A stretch of 35,186 bases of DNA from a virus (Duplodnaviria > Caudoviricetes): positions 1 to 35,186 of IMG/VR virus record IMGVR_UViG_3300030372_002700. The stretch is one strand, 5' to 3'. Below, piece by piece: positions 27,858-35,186 of this stretch; the first letter of the stretch is position 1; each line of letters opens with the position of its first letter. The translations under genes were made by a program, and so were the position numbers. The notes under the pieces are model-generated. The model saw only the letters and a program-made list of their open reading frames with translations, did no database searches and had not been told where the DNA came from.

Positions 27858-28097
27858 ATGCCAAAGATTGTACAAATCAAAGACAAGATGGGCAAACCCA
27901 CATTACAGGAAGTTATTTCCAGACTAGATGCTATGTTCGACAACATGGTTTATCGGGGTGAAGATCGTTTGAATATTATCCTGGCGAGCTTAAGTTTTTG
28001 TATCGCACAAGTAAGCACAGAGTTTGAAGATAAAGAGGTTGCTAGGTTAGTTGATGAACTTTTAGCTCAATATATTGACAAATCTGCCAAGAAATAG
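27858..28097 (+). CDS. Hypothetical protein
   Basis: 79 aa helical ORF in the operon. Confidence 0.55.
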   Translation: MPKIVQIKDKMGKPTLQEVISRLDAMFDNMVYRGEDRLNIILASLSFCIAQVSTEFEDKEVARLVDELLAQYIDKSAKK

Positions 28098-28230
28098 ATT
28101 TTTGTCTATTATTGTCATTTTGTCATGACAGCTAAAAACATGATAAGAATGCGGGTTTCGGGATTATTGTATTTTTTTCATTTTTGTCATAAGAGAATAA
28201 CAAAACTTAGTTAAATAAATAAGAAAATAC

Positions 28231-28260
28231 TTGACTAGATCTACTCTCTTCAAGTATGCT
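28231..28260 (+). promoter_or_regulatory. Putative promoter for the terS-like gene
   Basis: TTGACT-18-TATGCT upstream of the ORF. Confidence 0.45.
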
Positions 28261-28281
28261 CTCAATACACTTTAGGGTAAA

Positions 28282-28905
28282 GTGGGGGTAGGTATTAATA
28301 AAACTTACCTCTGCTCTAATATGCAAAACATGGGATATAGAAAGAATAAACTTGAATATGAACCTATCATTTCTTCAGAAGAAGAAGCTCCCATAGAATA
28401 TTGCAATCTCGATAACTCCCTTAACAGACGACAACGCAATTTTATTTGGATTGCAGTCAATAATCCTCGTTTATCTTTAGTAGAGTGTGCCCACAAAGCT
28501 GGTTATACAAGTCCTCGTCAAATGGCCAATAAACTCATGAACAAGCCTATTATTCGTAAGGAATATAATTATCTTATGAACCAGGCGAAGAAGAAGTATG
28601 AGCTCAATTATGATCGGGCTGTGCAAGATTTATATGATATTCGGGACAAGGCTATTGAATCGGGTTCATTTAATGCTGCAATATCTGCCCAGAACTCACT
28701 GCTAAAAGTCGGGGGTTTAATTGTTGATCGTAAAGAAGTAATGTTCGGGAAAGTTGACCAAATGAGTCGGGAAGAAGTTGAAAACAGATTAAAACAGCTG
28801 ATGGGTAGTGTTGTTGAGGCTAGTATAGAAAATAAAGTTGACGACCTGGATCTACCAGAAGTAGAAGTTGATGAGGATAAAGATGCCAAAGAAGAACATA
28901 ATTAA
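28282..28905 (+). CDS. Terminase small subunit-like protein (start uncertain; 28321 or 28330 possible)
   Basis: LNRRQRNF...ECAHKAGY.S..QMANKLM HTH; AIESGSFNAAISA..LLKVGGL oligomerisation region; DQMSREEVENRL tail. Confidence 0.7.
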   Translation: MGVGINKTYLCSNMQNMGYRKNKLEYEPIISSEEEAPIEYCNLDNSLNRRQRNFIWIAVNNPRLSLVECAHKAGYTSPRQMANKLMNKPIIRKEYNYLMNQAKKKYELNYDRAVQDLYDIRDKAIESGSFNAAISAQNSLLKVGGLIVDRKEVMFGKVDQMSREEVENRLKQLMGSVVEASIENKVDDLDLPEVEVDEDKDAKEEHN

Positions 28906-29044
28906 AGCTGTTATGTATGTGGAAGAAGATCCAATTACTATGCCTTACGACAAGTTAGATAAGTTATTTAAAGCGAGATGTAAGAAAGGAAAGATAAATC
29001 ATTATTCTGTAGTTTCATATCCAAAGAAAGTTAAAAAGGCATAA
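28883..29044 (+). CDS. Small basic hypothetical protein (53 aa)
   Basis: MPKKNIIKAVMYVEEDP..., GAGG upstream; not in the ORF track. Confidence 0.45.
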   Translation: MPKKNIIKAVMYVEEDPITMPYDKLDKLFKARCKKGKINHYSVVSYPKKVKKA

Positions 29045-29117
29045 CTAATTATTGGAGGAGATGAGAAGTAAAATATAAAATCAGACTATGCCTTAATCGG
29101 AATATAACAAATTACTT

Positions 29118-29321
29118 CTAATTGTTCAAGAAAATATCTAAAGCTTTGAATAAGCTCTTATTAGATCTAAACCAAGCTGACTTAATGTGTTTATTGTTTT
29201 GATAGACCAAATAACCAACAGTAAAGCCGACTTCATCAATATTTGGGTATCGTTGTAAGTCATGCTCTACTGCATTAAATGGCACTATTTTAATGTAATA
29301 TTTATTTATTGTTCGGCTCAT
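29118..29321 (-). CDS. Hypothetical protein
   Basis: 67 aa, last gene of the minus-strand small-gene cluster. Confidence 0.5.
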   Translation of the reverse strand: MSRTINKYYIKIVPFNAVEHDLQRYPNIDEVGFTVGYLVYQNNKHIKSAWFRSNKSLFKALDIFLNN

Positions 29322-29532
29322 TAGGGTTAGAAAATATATACATTAAGACTAAAACGACACAAGAAAATATAAACAGGCTACTCATTTTCTTTTGAGTTTG
29401 ACTTCAAAAGTATAATCATCATTATTAATGATACCCTGCACTTTTTTCAATGCATGGTCGTGGTTGTATGCATAAGTTTGAACACACAATATATCTTTTT
29501 TTGTGCCTACATATACATTATAAGTTTGTTTA

Positions 29533-29781
29533 TTACTCATCTTTTATCTCCTCCAATTTTTTTACCCATTGTTCATTTTGAATATCTTTTGTTGAAAATA
29601 ATTCAATAAAAGGTGGGTCATAAATTCCCTCGTCTAAAAAAGATTTACCAATTACAAATTCTTTTGTCATAAAATCTCTTTTATGGTCTTCTTCTATATC
29701 GTAAGGTATATATAAATGCACTTCTGCATCTGGATTTATGCCCTCTAACTGTTTCATTAATTGTTTAACTGTTGTTGTCAT
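29533..29781 (-). CDS. Hypothetical protein
   Basis: 82 aa, RBS GAGGAGG; TVKQLMKQLE...PDAEV N-terminal pattern is common in phage early genes. Confidence 0.65.
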   Translation of the reverse strand: MTTTVKQLMKQLEGINPDAEVHLYIPYDIEEDHKRDFMTKEFVIGKSFLDEGIYDPPFIELFSTKDIQNEQWVKKLEEIKDE

Positions 29782-29989
29782 CTGACACCTCCTCAGTAGA
29801 ATGATGTTCCCAATCTATATAGTCAGGCTCGGCATCATTAACTATATGTGATGCTATCTCCCTTGCATTTTGTTTTGATTTAGCCTTAACTTCTATTTCA
29901 TAAGACCTGGTTTCATCAAAAATAACTTTATAAGTTTTAATCATAATCACATTCCTCCAATTCAAAATCTCTAAGTGAACAGTTATCAC
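29765..29989 (-). CDS. Hypothetical protein (YEIEVKAKS...AREIA pattern); true start probably downstream of the annotated one
   Basis: GGAGG lies within the annotated 5' part; the short beta-beta-alpha pattern is frequent in phage early genes. Confidence 0.55.
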   Translation of the reverse strand: MITVHLEILNWRNVIMIKTYKVIFDETRSYEIEVKAKSKQNAREIASHIVNDAEPDYIDWEHHSTEEVSDDNNS

Positions 29990-30197
29990 TTATCCTTACG
30001 TAAATACCTTGATCTGCTAATAGCTTAAATAAGTCTGCCAAACTATCTACGATTAAAACCTCATCATTATCTTTATCAACTGTTATTGTCATATCACACC
30101 TCCTATCGTGATCTAAATAAATAAAATAAACACTTTAAACGCCACTCGGATAAGTGGCGTAAATGTTCTGGTATTTTAGTTCTGTCAATTTTTGACA

Positions 30198-30359
30198 TTA
30201 GTCTTGCTCCTTTAGTTTATCCATAAATCTAGTTATACCAATGACCAAACCTAGATACATTTTAGAATTATTTTTATCTGATTCTTTACCAATATCTTCG
30301 CATGATTCATCTACAACTTCCTTTGCGATTCTTTCAATTTGTTCTTTACTAATAGCCAT
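30198..30359 (-). CDS. Hypothetical protein
   Basis: MAISKEQIERIAKE..., AGGAG upstream, start overlaps the upstream stop. Confidence 0.5.
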   Translation of the reverse strand: MAISKEQIERIAKEVVDESCEDIGKESDKNNSKMYLGLVIGITRFMDKLKEQD

Positions 30360-30784
30360 TATGCTGACTCCTTTTCTAGCGTAGCCAAAACAGACCATAA
30401 TGGTTGCAAGTCATTTTCTGTAATTCCAACATGAATGATTTTATAATCAGAGTCATAAGATACTTTATGTTTTGCTACATACCATTGATTGTTTTTAAAT
30501 AGATAGATCCATTCAATGTCGAACTGCACATCATTATAAAATGTGTGTGCTGAATGATATGTTAATGGTGGCTCTATATTTGCCCTATCATCTAAACTTT
30601 CTTTAATGGTAGGTTTAAGAGAAGATAGATAACCTTGATTGGCTAGTTCTTCTGCTTTCTTTTGGTTGTTGTAATGTTCATTAATTAATAAGCCGTTATA
30701 TTCTGGGTAGCCGTCATAATGACAGTATGTTACTACGACTTGCCCGTTTGCTCGCTGATATGCGATATTACTTCTCGTTGCCAT
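30359..30784 (-). CDS. Conserved phage early protein (YCHxDGYP motif)
   Basis: MATRSNI...YCHYDGYPEYNG...EWIYLF..NQW; RBS GGAGG. Confidence 0.75.
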   Translation of the reverse strand: MATRSNIAYQRANGQVVVTYCHYDGYPEYNGLLINEHYNNQKKAEELANQGYLSSLKPTIKESLDDRANIEPPLTYHSAHTFYNDVQFDIEWIYLFKNNQWYVAKHKVSYDSDYKIIHVGITENDLQPLWSVLATLEKESA

Positions 30785-30833
30785 GTTATATACCTCCTAT
30801 AGTATTTATTATGGTTTCCAATTCACATTTATA

Positions 30834-30876
30834 ATCATACTCTTCTTAATCTATTTGTCAACAATTTGTATCCAAT
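30834..30876 (-). promoter_or_regulatory. Leftward promoter with an adjacent GTATCCAAT box
   Basis: Minus strand TTGACA-16-TATGAT; box at 30868-30876. Confidence 0.65.
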
Positions 30877-30982
30877 TATTATTATAAAGATTATTTATAT
30901 GGCTAGATGTTGGGGATTAATCGCATCTTCCCCCTCGTTCGTTCAAGCTCGTAAATAAAATCATACAGACATTTAGATCCAA

Positions 30983-31030
30983 TCGGGTCGGGTCGGGATT
31001 GTCGGGAATATGTTTCGGGTCGGGTCGGGG
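30983..31030 (+). repeat. TCGGG pentamer cluster (7 copies)
   Basis: TCGGGTCGGGTCGGGATTGTCGGGAATATGTTTCGGGTCGGGTCGGGG read directly. Confidence 0.95.
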
Positions 31031-31150
31031 AATGCCCTTAACACAATATAACACACCAGACAGGTGAGCAGGAAAGAACATTTTGTAGTCTTCTGCAGTC
31101 TGGGTTGCCTAGCTCTATCTATATCTATTTAAAATAAACTAAAATAAGTG

Positions 31151-31178
31151 TTGCAATTTGTATCCACTATGATATATT
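31151..31178 (+). promoter_or_regulatory. Promoter with GTATCCA box in the spacer
   Basis: TTGCAA-16-TATATT with TG extension. Confidence 0.6.
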
Positions 31179-31211
31179 AGATGTTCATTTACATTAAATA
31201 GGAGAAGTAAT

Positions 31212-31631
31212 ATGAAACAAATAAGAAAATTTGAACAAGAATCTATAGTCAATCAGATTATGGAGGGCGTTAATGAAAGACTTGATGCCAAAGTAGAGAA
31301 AGCGAAGAAGTCTAAAGACTACAAAGCTGTTGAGAAACTTGCTGATGTTGTTGTTAAGCTACAGAAAGAAATTGAATTTGCTAATCAAAAAAGGTCTGAT
31401 GCTTTAAATCGTGTTAATGAGGCTATTAAGAACTATAACGAATTTAGCACAGATAAAATGGTTGGGTTAAGTTCTATGAATAACTACAACGATAGCAGAT
31501 TAAAATTCTTTAGAAATGATTGGCAGGTAAAACAACAAGTATCTGACAAATTAGCTATCGCATTACTAGAGCCAAACGCACAGGAAAGAATCAAAGAAAT
31601 CATTATGGCTATTGCGAGTGAGGTTTCTTAA
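31212..31631 (+). CDS. Coiled-coil hypothetical protein
   Basis: 139 aa with its own promoter, RBS GGAG and terminator. Confidence 0.75.
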   Translation: MKQIRKFEQESIVNQIMEGVNERLDAKVEKAKKSKDYKAVEKLADVVVKLQKEIEFANQKRSDALNRVNEAIKNYNEFSTDKMVGLSSMNNYNDSRLKFFRNDWQVKQQVSDKLAIALLEPNAQERIKEIIMAIASEVS

Positions 31632-31653
31632 ATAAAAACTCTCCTAATGAGTT

Positions 31654-31677
31654 AAGCCCGTTCATTCGGGCTTTTTT
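31654..31677 (+). terminator. Rho-independent terminator
   Basis: AAGCCCG-TTCATT-CGGGCTT plus T run. Confidence 0.85.
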
Positions 31678-31798
31678 ATGTCGGGAGTTCGGGATTTCGG
31701 GTTTGTTGCTAAACACAGATAAACACACAATAAAGTAAACACAGTTAGATCCAGGAGATCTGGCAGATCTACCAGGACCAGATCAAAGAAGAAAGTTG

Positions 31799-31827
31799 TT
31801 GACAAAATGTATCCAATATGAAACAAT
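31799..31827 (+). promoter_or_regulatory. Promoter with GTATCCAAT box in the spacer
   Basis: TTGACA-17-AACAAT with TG extension. Confidence 0.65.
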
Positions 31828-31855
31828 AAGCTTTTACAAATTAGGAGAAGTAAAT

Positions 31856-32122
31856 ATGGCTAGTAAATCATATCCAATATGGAATATAGTAACAGCTTGC
31901 ATTTATAAAGGTGCAAAATCGTATGGAGTGCGAGAACGTGGAGAGGTGGAGGTTAGAATAGGAACAAGTGGCTCTAATTCTCACACTTTCCTAAATCATA
32001 GAACAACACATAAAATACTGGAAAATGGCGATAGAGAATATCGTTTTTATGTTGATGATAAATGTATCAAGCGTGCTTTGTTACCAAAAGGAAAAAAAGA
32101 AATACAATATTTGGAGCAATGA
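31856..32122 (+). CDS. Hypothetical protein
   Basis: 88 aa from ATG 31856 (RBS AGGAG): MASKSYPIWNIVTACIYK... Confidence 0.7.
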   Translation: MASKSYPIWNIVTACIYKGAKSYGVRERGEVEVRIGTSGSNSHTFLNHRTTHKILENGDREYRFYVDDKCIKRALLPKGKKEIQYLEQ

Positions 32123-32439
32123 ATGGATCTATTTACAATATCAGTTGTTGTATTGGTGGTGGTGTTCCTAATGTCGGGTCGGGTGTAAAGTAGCTTTCAT
32201 GTCTAACCTAGCAACCACCACCACTACTACACACACAAAGAAGCCAGATAGATCTACCAGGTCGTTCGGGTATGTCGGGTACTGCCATTTAGGAACAGCT
32301 CGGGTTTGGTCAAGTTCATTAACACAATGTATTGATGAAGCCCAAGAGTTTATCCAGGCCAACCCAAGATACTTAACTAGAAAAGGTTTGTTTATTTATG
32401 AACTAATAAAAGGTGAAGAAAGAAAGTTTCATAAAAGAG

Positions 32440-32467
32440 TTGACAAAATGTAACCAATTGCTATAAT
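32440..32467 (+). promoter_or_regulatory. Near-consensus promoter with GTAACCAAT box in the spacer
   Basis: TTGACA-16-TATAAT with TG extension. Confidence 0.8.
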
Positions 32468-32504
32468 TAGCTTATCTTTTAAACAAAACCATTAGGAGGT
32501 TATT

Positions 32505-32693
32505 ATGAAGATAGAAATAAACTTATATGATGAAACAGGTGAAAGGGTCGTTGGCAAAGCCATAGAGATTGATTGCCAAAGTCTCATCATCAATGGCATT
32601 CATGTCATTCAAGCAGGTGGTGTTCATGCTGAAATGAGACAGCTAGAATCTGATGAAATACCAGTAAGTGCTGAACAGTACACAATGCAATAG
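32505..32693 (+). CDS. Hypothetical protein
   Basis: 62 aa, RBS AGGAGG, with its own promoter and terminator. Confidence 0.7.
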   Translation: MKIEINLYDETGERVVGKAIEIDCQSLIINGIHVIQAGGVHAEMRQLESDEIPVSAEQYTMQ

Positions 32694-32710
32694 AAAATAA
32701 TCGGAGGATC

Positions 32711-32736
32711 AAGGGAGCAATACGCTCCCTTTTTTT
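32711..32736 (+). terminator. Rho-independent terminator
   Basis: AAGGGAGC-AATAC-GCTCCCTT plus T run. Confidence 0.85.
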
Positions 32737-32932
32737 ATGGGTCGGAGTCCCAGCAGGACACAAAATCCAGTCGGTCGAGATGTCCTTCGGGCGGGGGGGA
32801 CACAAATGAGGGTGCAAGTATATATAGAGACACAGGGGTAATAACAAACACAAACAAAACATATATTTAACACAATGCTAGTAATTTTTATATTTTTTCT
32901 GATACAATCAGATTTTAACTACGAGGTACCAC

Positions 32933-33223
32933 ATGGACGAAGATATGATGGGTATGCAGGTTAATCCAGTAATGACACCTGAACAACCAATGATGCAAGG
33001 GACTCCTGCCCCCCAAGAAATGCCAGGTCAAATGCAGTCTGAATTAGATGAAATATCAAGTTCTGATCGAGAAGAGGCTAAACAAGCCCTCATGCAAATT
33101 GTAAAAATTCTACAACAAATGGTATCTCAAGGTGCATCTGATGAAGAAATCCAAGCTTTTTTACAACAAGTAGGAATTACTATGGAAGAACTACAGATGG
33201 CTAGGGAGATGTTTGGTATATGA
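32933..33223 (+). CDS. Met/Gln-rich hypothetical protein
   Basis: 96 aa, RBS GAGG; first gene of a new + strand operon. Confidence 0.7.
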   Translation: MDEDMMGMQVNPVMTPEQPMMQGTPAPQEMPGQMQSELDEISSSDREEAKQALMQIVKILQQMVSQGASDEEIQAFLQQVGITMEELQMAREMFGI

Positions 33224-33705
33224 TGAATATGCGAGAAATGTTAGGTGAAGCTGGCAGAACTATCTCCAACATGGATAGAACTATAGCAGCAGGTATGGGT
33301 TATCCTCTTCCACCAACTGAAAAGATGAAAACAATGAATCAACTAAGTGATCCTATTCCAGATCCTACACCTCAAACTATGTTAATGTCCGACAACGAAC
33401 CGAGATTTGAAGATAGATCTCCTGAAAACCAAATATTCTCTATTGATACTGCTATTGGTAACCTTATGACTGAGTACGACATGGTAGTTCGCAACAAAGA
33501 ATTTGAAAGAGCACAGATGATTGCTGACCAGATTGACCAATTACAACAGCAAAAGATTGGTATACAGGCTCAAAATGTGCCTCAAACAGGTTTTTTATCA
33601 AATATAAATACAAGTATACGAGAAATGTTGGGAGAAAGTGGTAAAACTATATCAAATCAAGACAGAGAAACTATATCTGACCTGCTAGACTCTATATCTG
33701 AGTAG
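33220..33705 (+). CDS. Hypothetical protein with a terminal peptide repeat
   Basis: 161 aa; REMLGExGxTISNxDR at both ends. Confidence 0.7.
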   Translation: MMNMREMLGEAGRTISNMDRTIAAGMGYPLPPTEKMKTMNQLSDPIPDPTPQTMLMSDNEPRFEDRSPENQIFSIDTAIGNLMTEYDMVVRNKEFERAQMIADQIDQLQQQKIGIQAQNVPQTGFLSNINTSIREMLGESGKTISNQDRETISDLLDSISE

Positions 33706-33711
33706 CCAAGC

Positions 33712-34590
33712 ATGGCTGTTTCTAACATATCCTCTCTTTTAGATGAACTAGAAGCTGACTCTAATACAAAAAATATTACAGAACTACCTGAAGAAGTAAT
33801 AACGTTTTTACCTCCAATGACACAAAATTTCTTAGAAAAATTTGAAAAAATAAACGGAAAATTATTTTTACCAACACAAGATGTAGACAGATTAACATTA
33901 GAAGCAGAAAAAGAAAAAATGGGACAATTAGCTTTGCGTAATGACCCACAAGGTCTTGGCTTTCACGGTGGAGATCCAGAACTAAGTGCAACTGTAACTG
34001 ATGACCCAATGGAAATAAGAGGAAGAGAATTTAGAGGACCTTATGACAAATATGGCTCAAAACCTGATGTTTTTAGAACATTTGAACCACATTCCATATT
34101 ACTAGAACAAAAATATAGATTTCCAACAAGAGCTAATCAATACAGACCTTCAGATACGCCTTACGCTCTTGGTACATATGACAGAATGGGTGATACTATG
34201 TTATTAAGTGGAACTGACGATGATCCTTATATGGCAAGAAAAATTACAGAGCCTCATGAGTATATGCATAGAGGTATAAGTTATAGGCCCTTTGAAGGTG
34301 GACTTACACGATTTTTGGCTGCAGTTGCAGATCTTGGTGCAGAAAAAGCTGGATTACCTAGTATTTTTAATACCATGCAGACAGGTGAGGCACAACACGA
34401 GTACATAGATAAAGCTTTAGACAAATATATAGAACAAAGTATGTCAAGCGAGTTAAAAGAAAGCAATGATAAATATAATAAAGCATTAGACGACCTAAAA
34501 ATGCGATTTATACAAGAATATGATTCTGTTGAAATAGGCACAGAAAAATTTAACGAATATATAACTGAGAATAATTTGGGTTACAAATAA
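33712..34590 (+). CDS. Hypothetical protein with HExxH (zincin-like metallopeptidase) motif
   Basis: LGTYD...DTMLL...PHEYMHRG. Confidence 0.55.
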   Translation: MAVSNISSLLDELEADSNTKNITELPEEVITFLPPMTQNFLEKFEKINGKLFLPTQDVDRLTLEAEKEKMGQLALRNDPQGLGFHGGDPELSATVTDDPMEIRGREFRGPYDKYGSKPDVFRTFEPHSILLEQKYRFPTRANQYRPSDTPYALGTYDRMGDTMLLSGTDDDPYMARKITEPHEYMHRGISYRPFEGGLTRFLAAVADLGAEKAGLPSIFNTMQTGEAQHEYIDKALDKYIEQSMSSELKESNDKYNKALDDLKMRFIQEYDSVEIGTEKFNEYITENNLGYK

Positions 34591-34592
34591 AC

Positions 34593-35186
34593 ATGGCTGC
34601 AAGAAAGGAAATACTTTCAGATTTAAGCACCAAGATAGCTGATGGTAATATTAGTGATGCCTATCGTACTTTTGAACAACTACCTGTTGTAGACCAAATT
34701 GCTGTAAGTATCTCTCCTGGTGTCGGTGATGCTCTTGCAGCTTACGAAGTTGGTGAGTTTGGTCGTAGAGCCAAAACCAACATACAAGACCAAGACAGAC
34801 TAGGTGCAGCAGGCAATATAGCCTTATCTGCACTATCAGGTATTAGCTTAATACCATTATTTAGATTCCTTAGAGGTGCAAGAGGTGTAACAAAATCTGC
34901 TACGCAAGCAGCAGATGCTTCTAAAAAACTTAAACCCCCTGTTGAAGAGCCGTTACCACTTGCACCGCCCAAGGAAACAAAATTACCTAAAGTAGAACCT
35001 TTTGAACCTAAAGGCATTAAAGATATAAGCTATCAAGCAGGAGATTTTCAGTTTGGTTCTAAAGCTAGGAAGTGGGTTAACGGAATTGAACAGCCAAATA
35101 TTACAACCTTAGGTAAAAAAGTACAAAAACTACCTGCAGAGCAATGGGTGCAAAAATTAGAAAACGCTGGGATTCCAAAAGGTGAG
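34593..35186 (+). CDS. Large phage protein, 3'-truncated by the window edge, not in the ORF track
   Basis: Open to the window end for 198 codons: MAARKEILSDLS...SPGVGDALAAYE...EQWVQKLENAGIPKGE. Confidence 0.75.
   Translation, partial: MAARKEILSDLSTKIADGNISDAYRTFEQLPVVDQIAVSISPGVGDALAAYEVGEFGRRAKTNIQDQDRLGAAGNIALSALSGISLIPLFRFLRGARGVTKSATQAADASKKLKPPVEEPLPLAPPKETKLPKVEPFEPKGIKDISYQAGDFQFGSKARKWVNGIEQPNITTLGKKVQKLPAEQWVQKLENAGIPKGE

Noticed and set aside
30183-30197. Palindrome TGTCAA-TTT-TTGACA
   Set aside because: Single occurrence at the start of a probable small ORF in AT-rich DNA; compatible with chance.
30983-32304. Repeats considered as a CRISPR array
   Set aside because: The repeats are 5-mers with irregular spacing; there is no 25-45 bp repeat-spacer structure and no cas gene.
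32199-32453. 84-aa + strand ORF
   Set aside because: No clear RBS, the N-terminal half is translated repeat DNA (poly-Thr), and it runs into the next promoter. It may be real but is unsupported.
1-35186. Prophage interpretation; tRNA or rRNA genes
   Set aside because: No integrase, att site, host genes or recognisable structural RNA genes were seen in the window.

Overview
AT-rich fragment of a tailed dsDNA phage genome with a marine podovirus-like gene content and no host housekeeping genes. Bases 1-21.2 kb (+) form a late operon. It begins with a 5'-truncated tail fibre carrying a C-terminal S74 chaperone, small tail and membrane genes, and a thermonuclease. Next is an accessory envelope module: CsgF-like, CsgG, a secreted curlin-repeat-like protein, a FecR-domain protein and a CHASE2-adenylate cyclase. 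The operon ends with holin-like genes and a GH24 endolysin, a tail/stabilisation protein, a 2OG-Fe(II) oxygenase and four large internal-virion-like proteins. Bases 21.2-27.3 kb hold replication and recombination genes: Mom/XF1762-like GNAT, primase-polymerase-helicase, HTH, Sak4-like ATPase, DUF669 SSB-like, DUF3310 and a RecE-like exonuclease. Bases 27.3-32.9 kb hold a small-terminase-like gene and short early-type genes, a shared promoter operator (GTAWCCAAT) and a strongly strand-polarised TCGGG repeat field. From 32.9 kb to the end a further + strand operon begins. The best candidate for an undescribed system is the phage-encoded curli pore / FecR / cAMP trans-envelope signalling cassette inside the lysis region. 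All family assignments come from motif recognition by eye, not from database searches.
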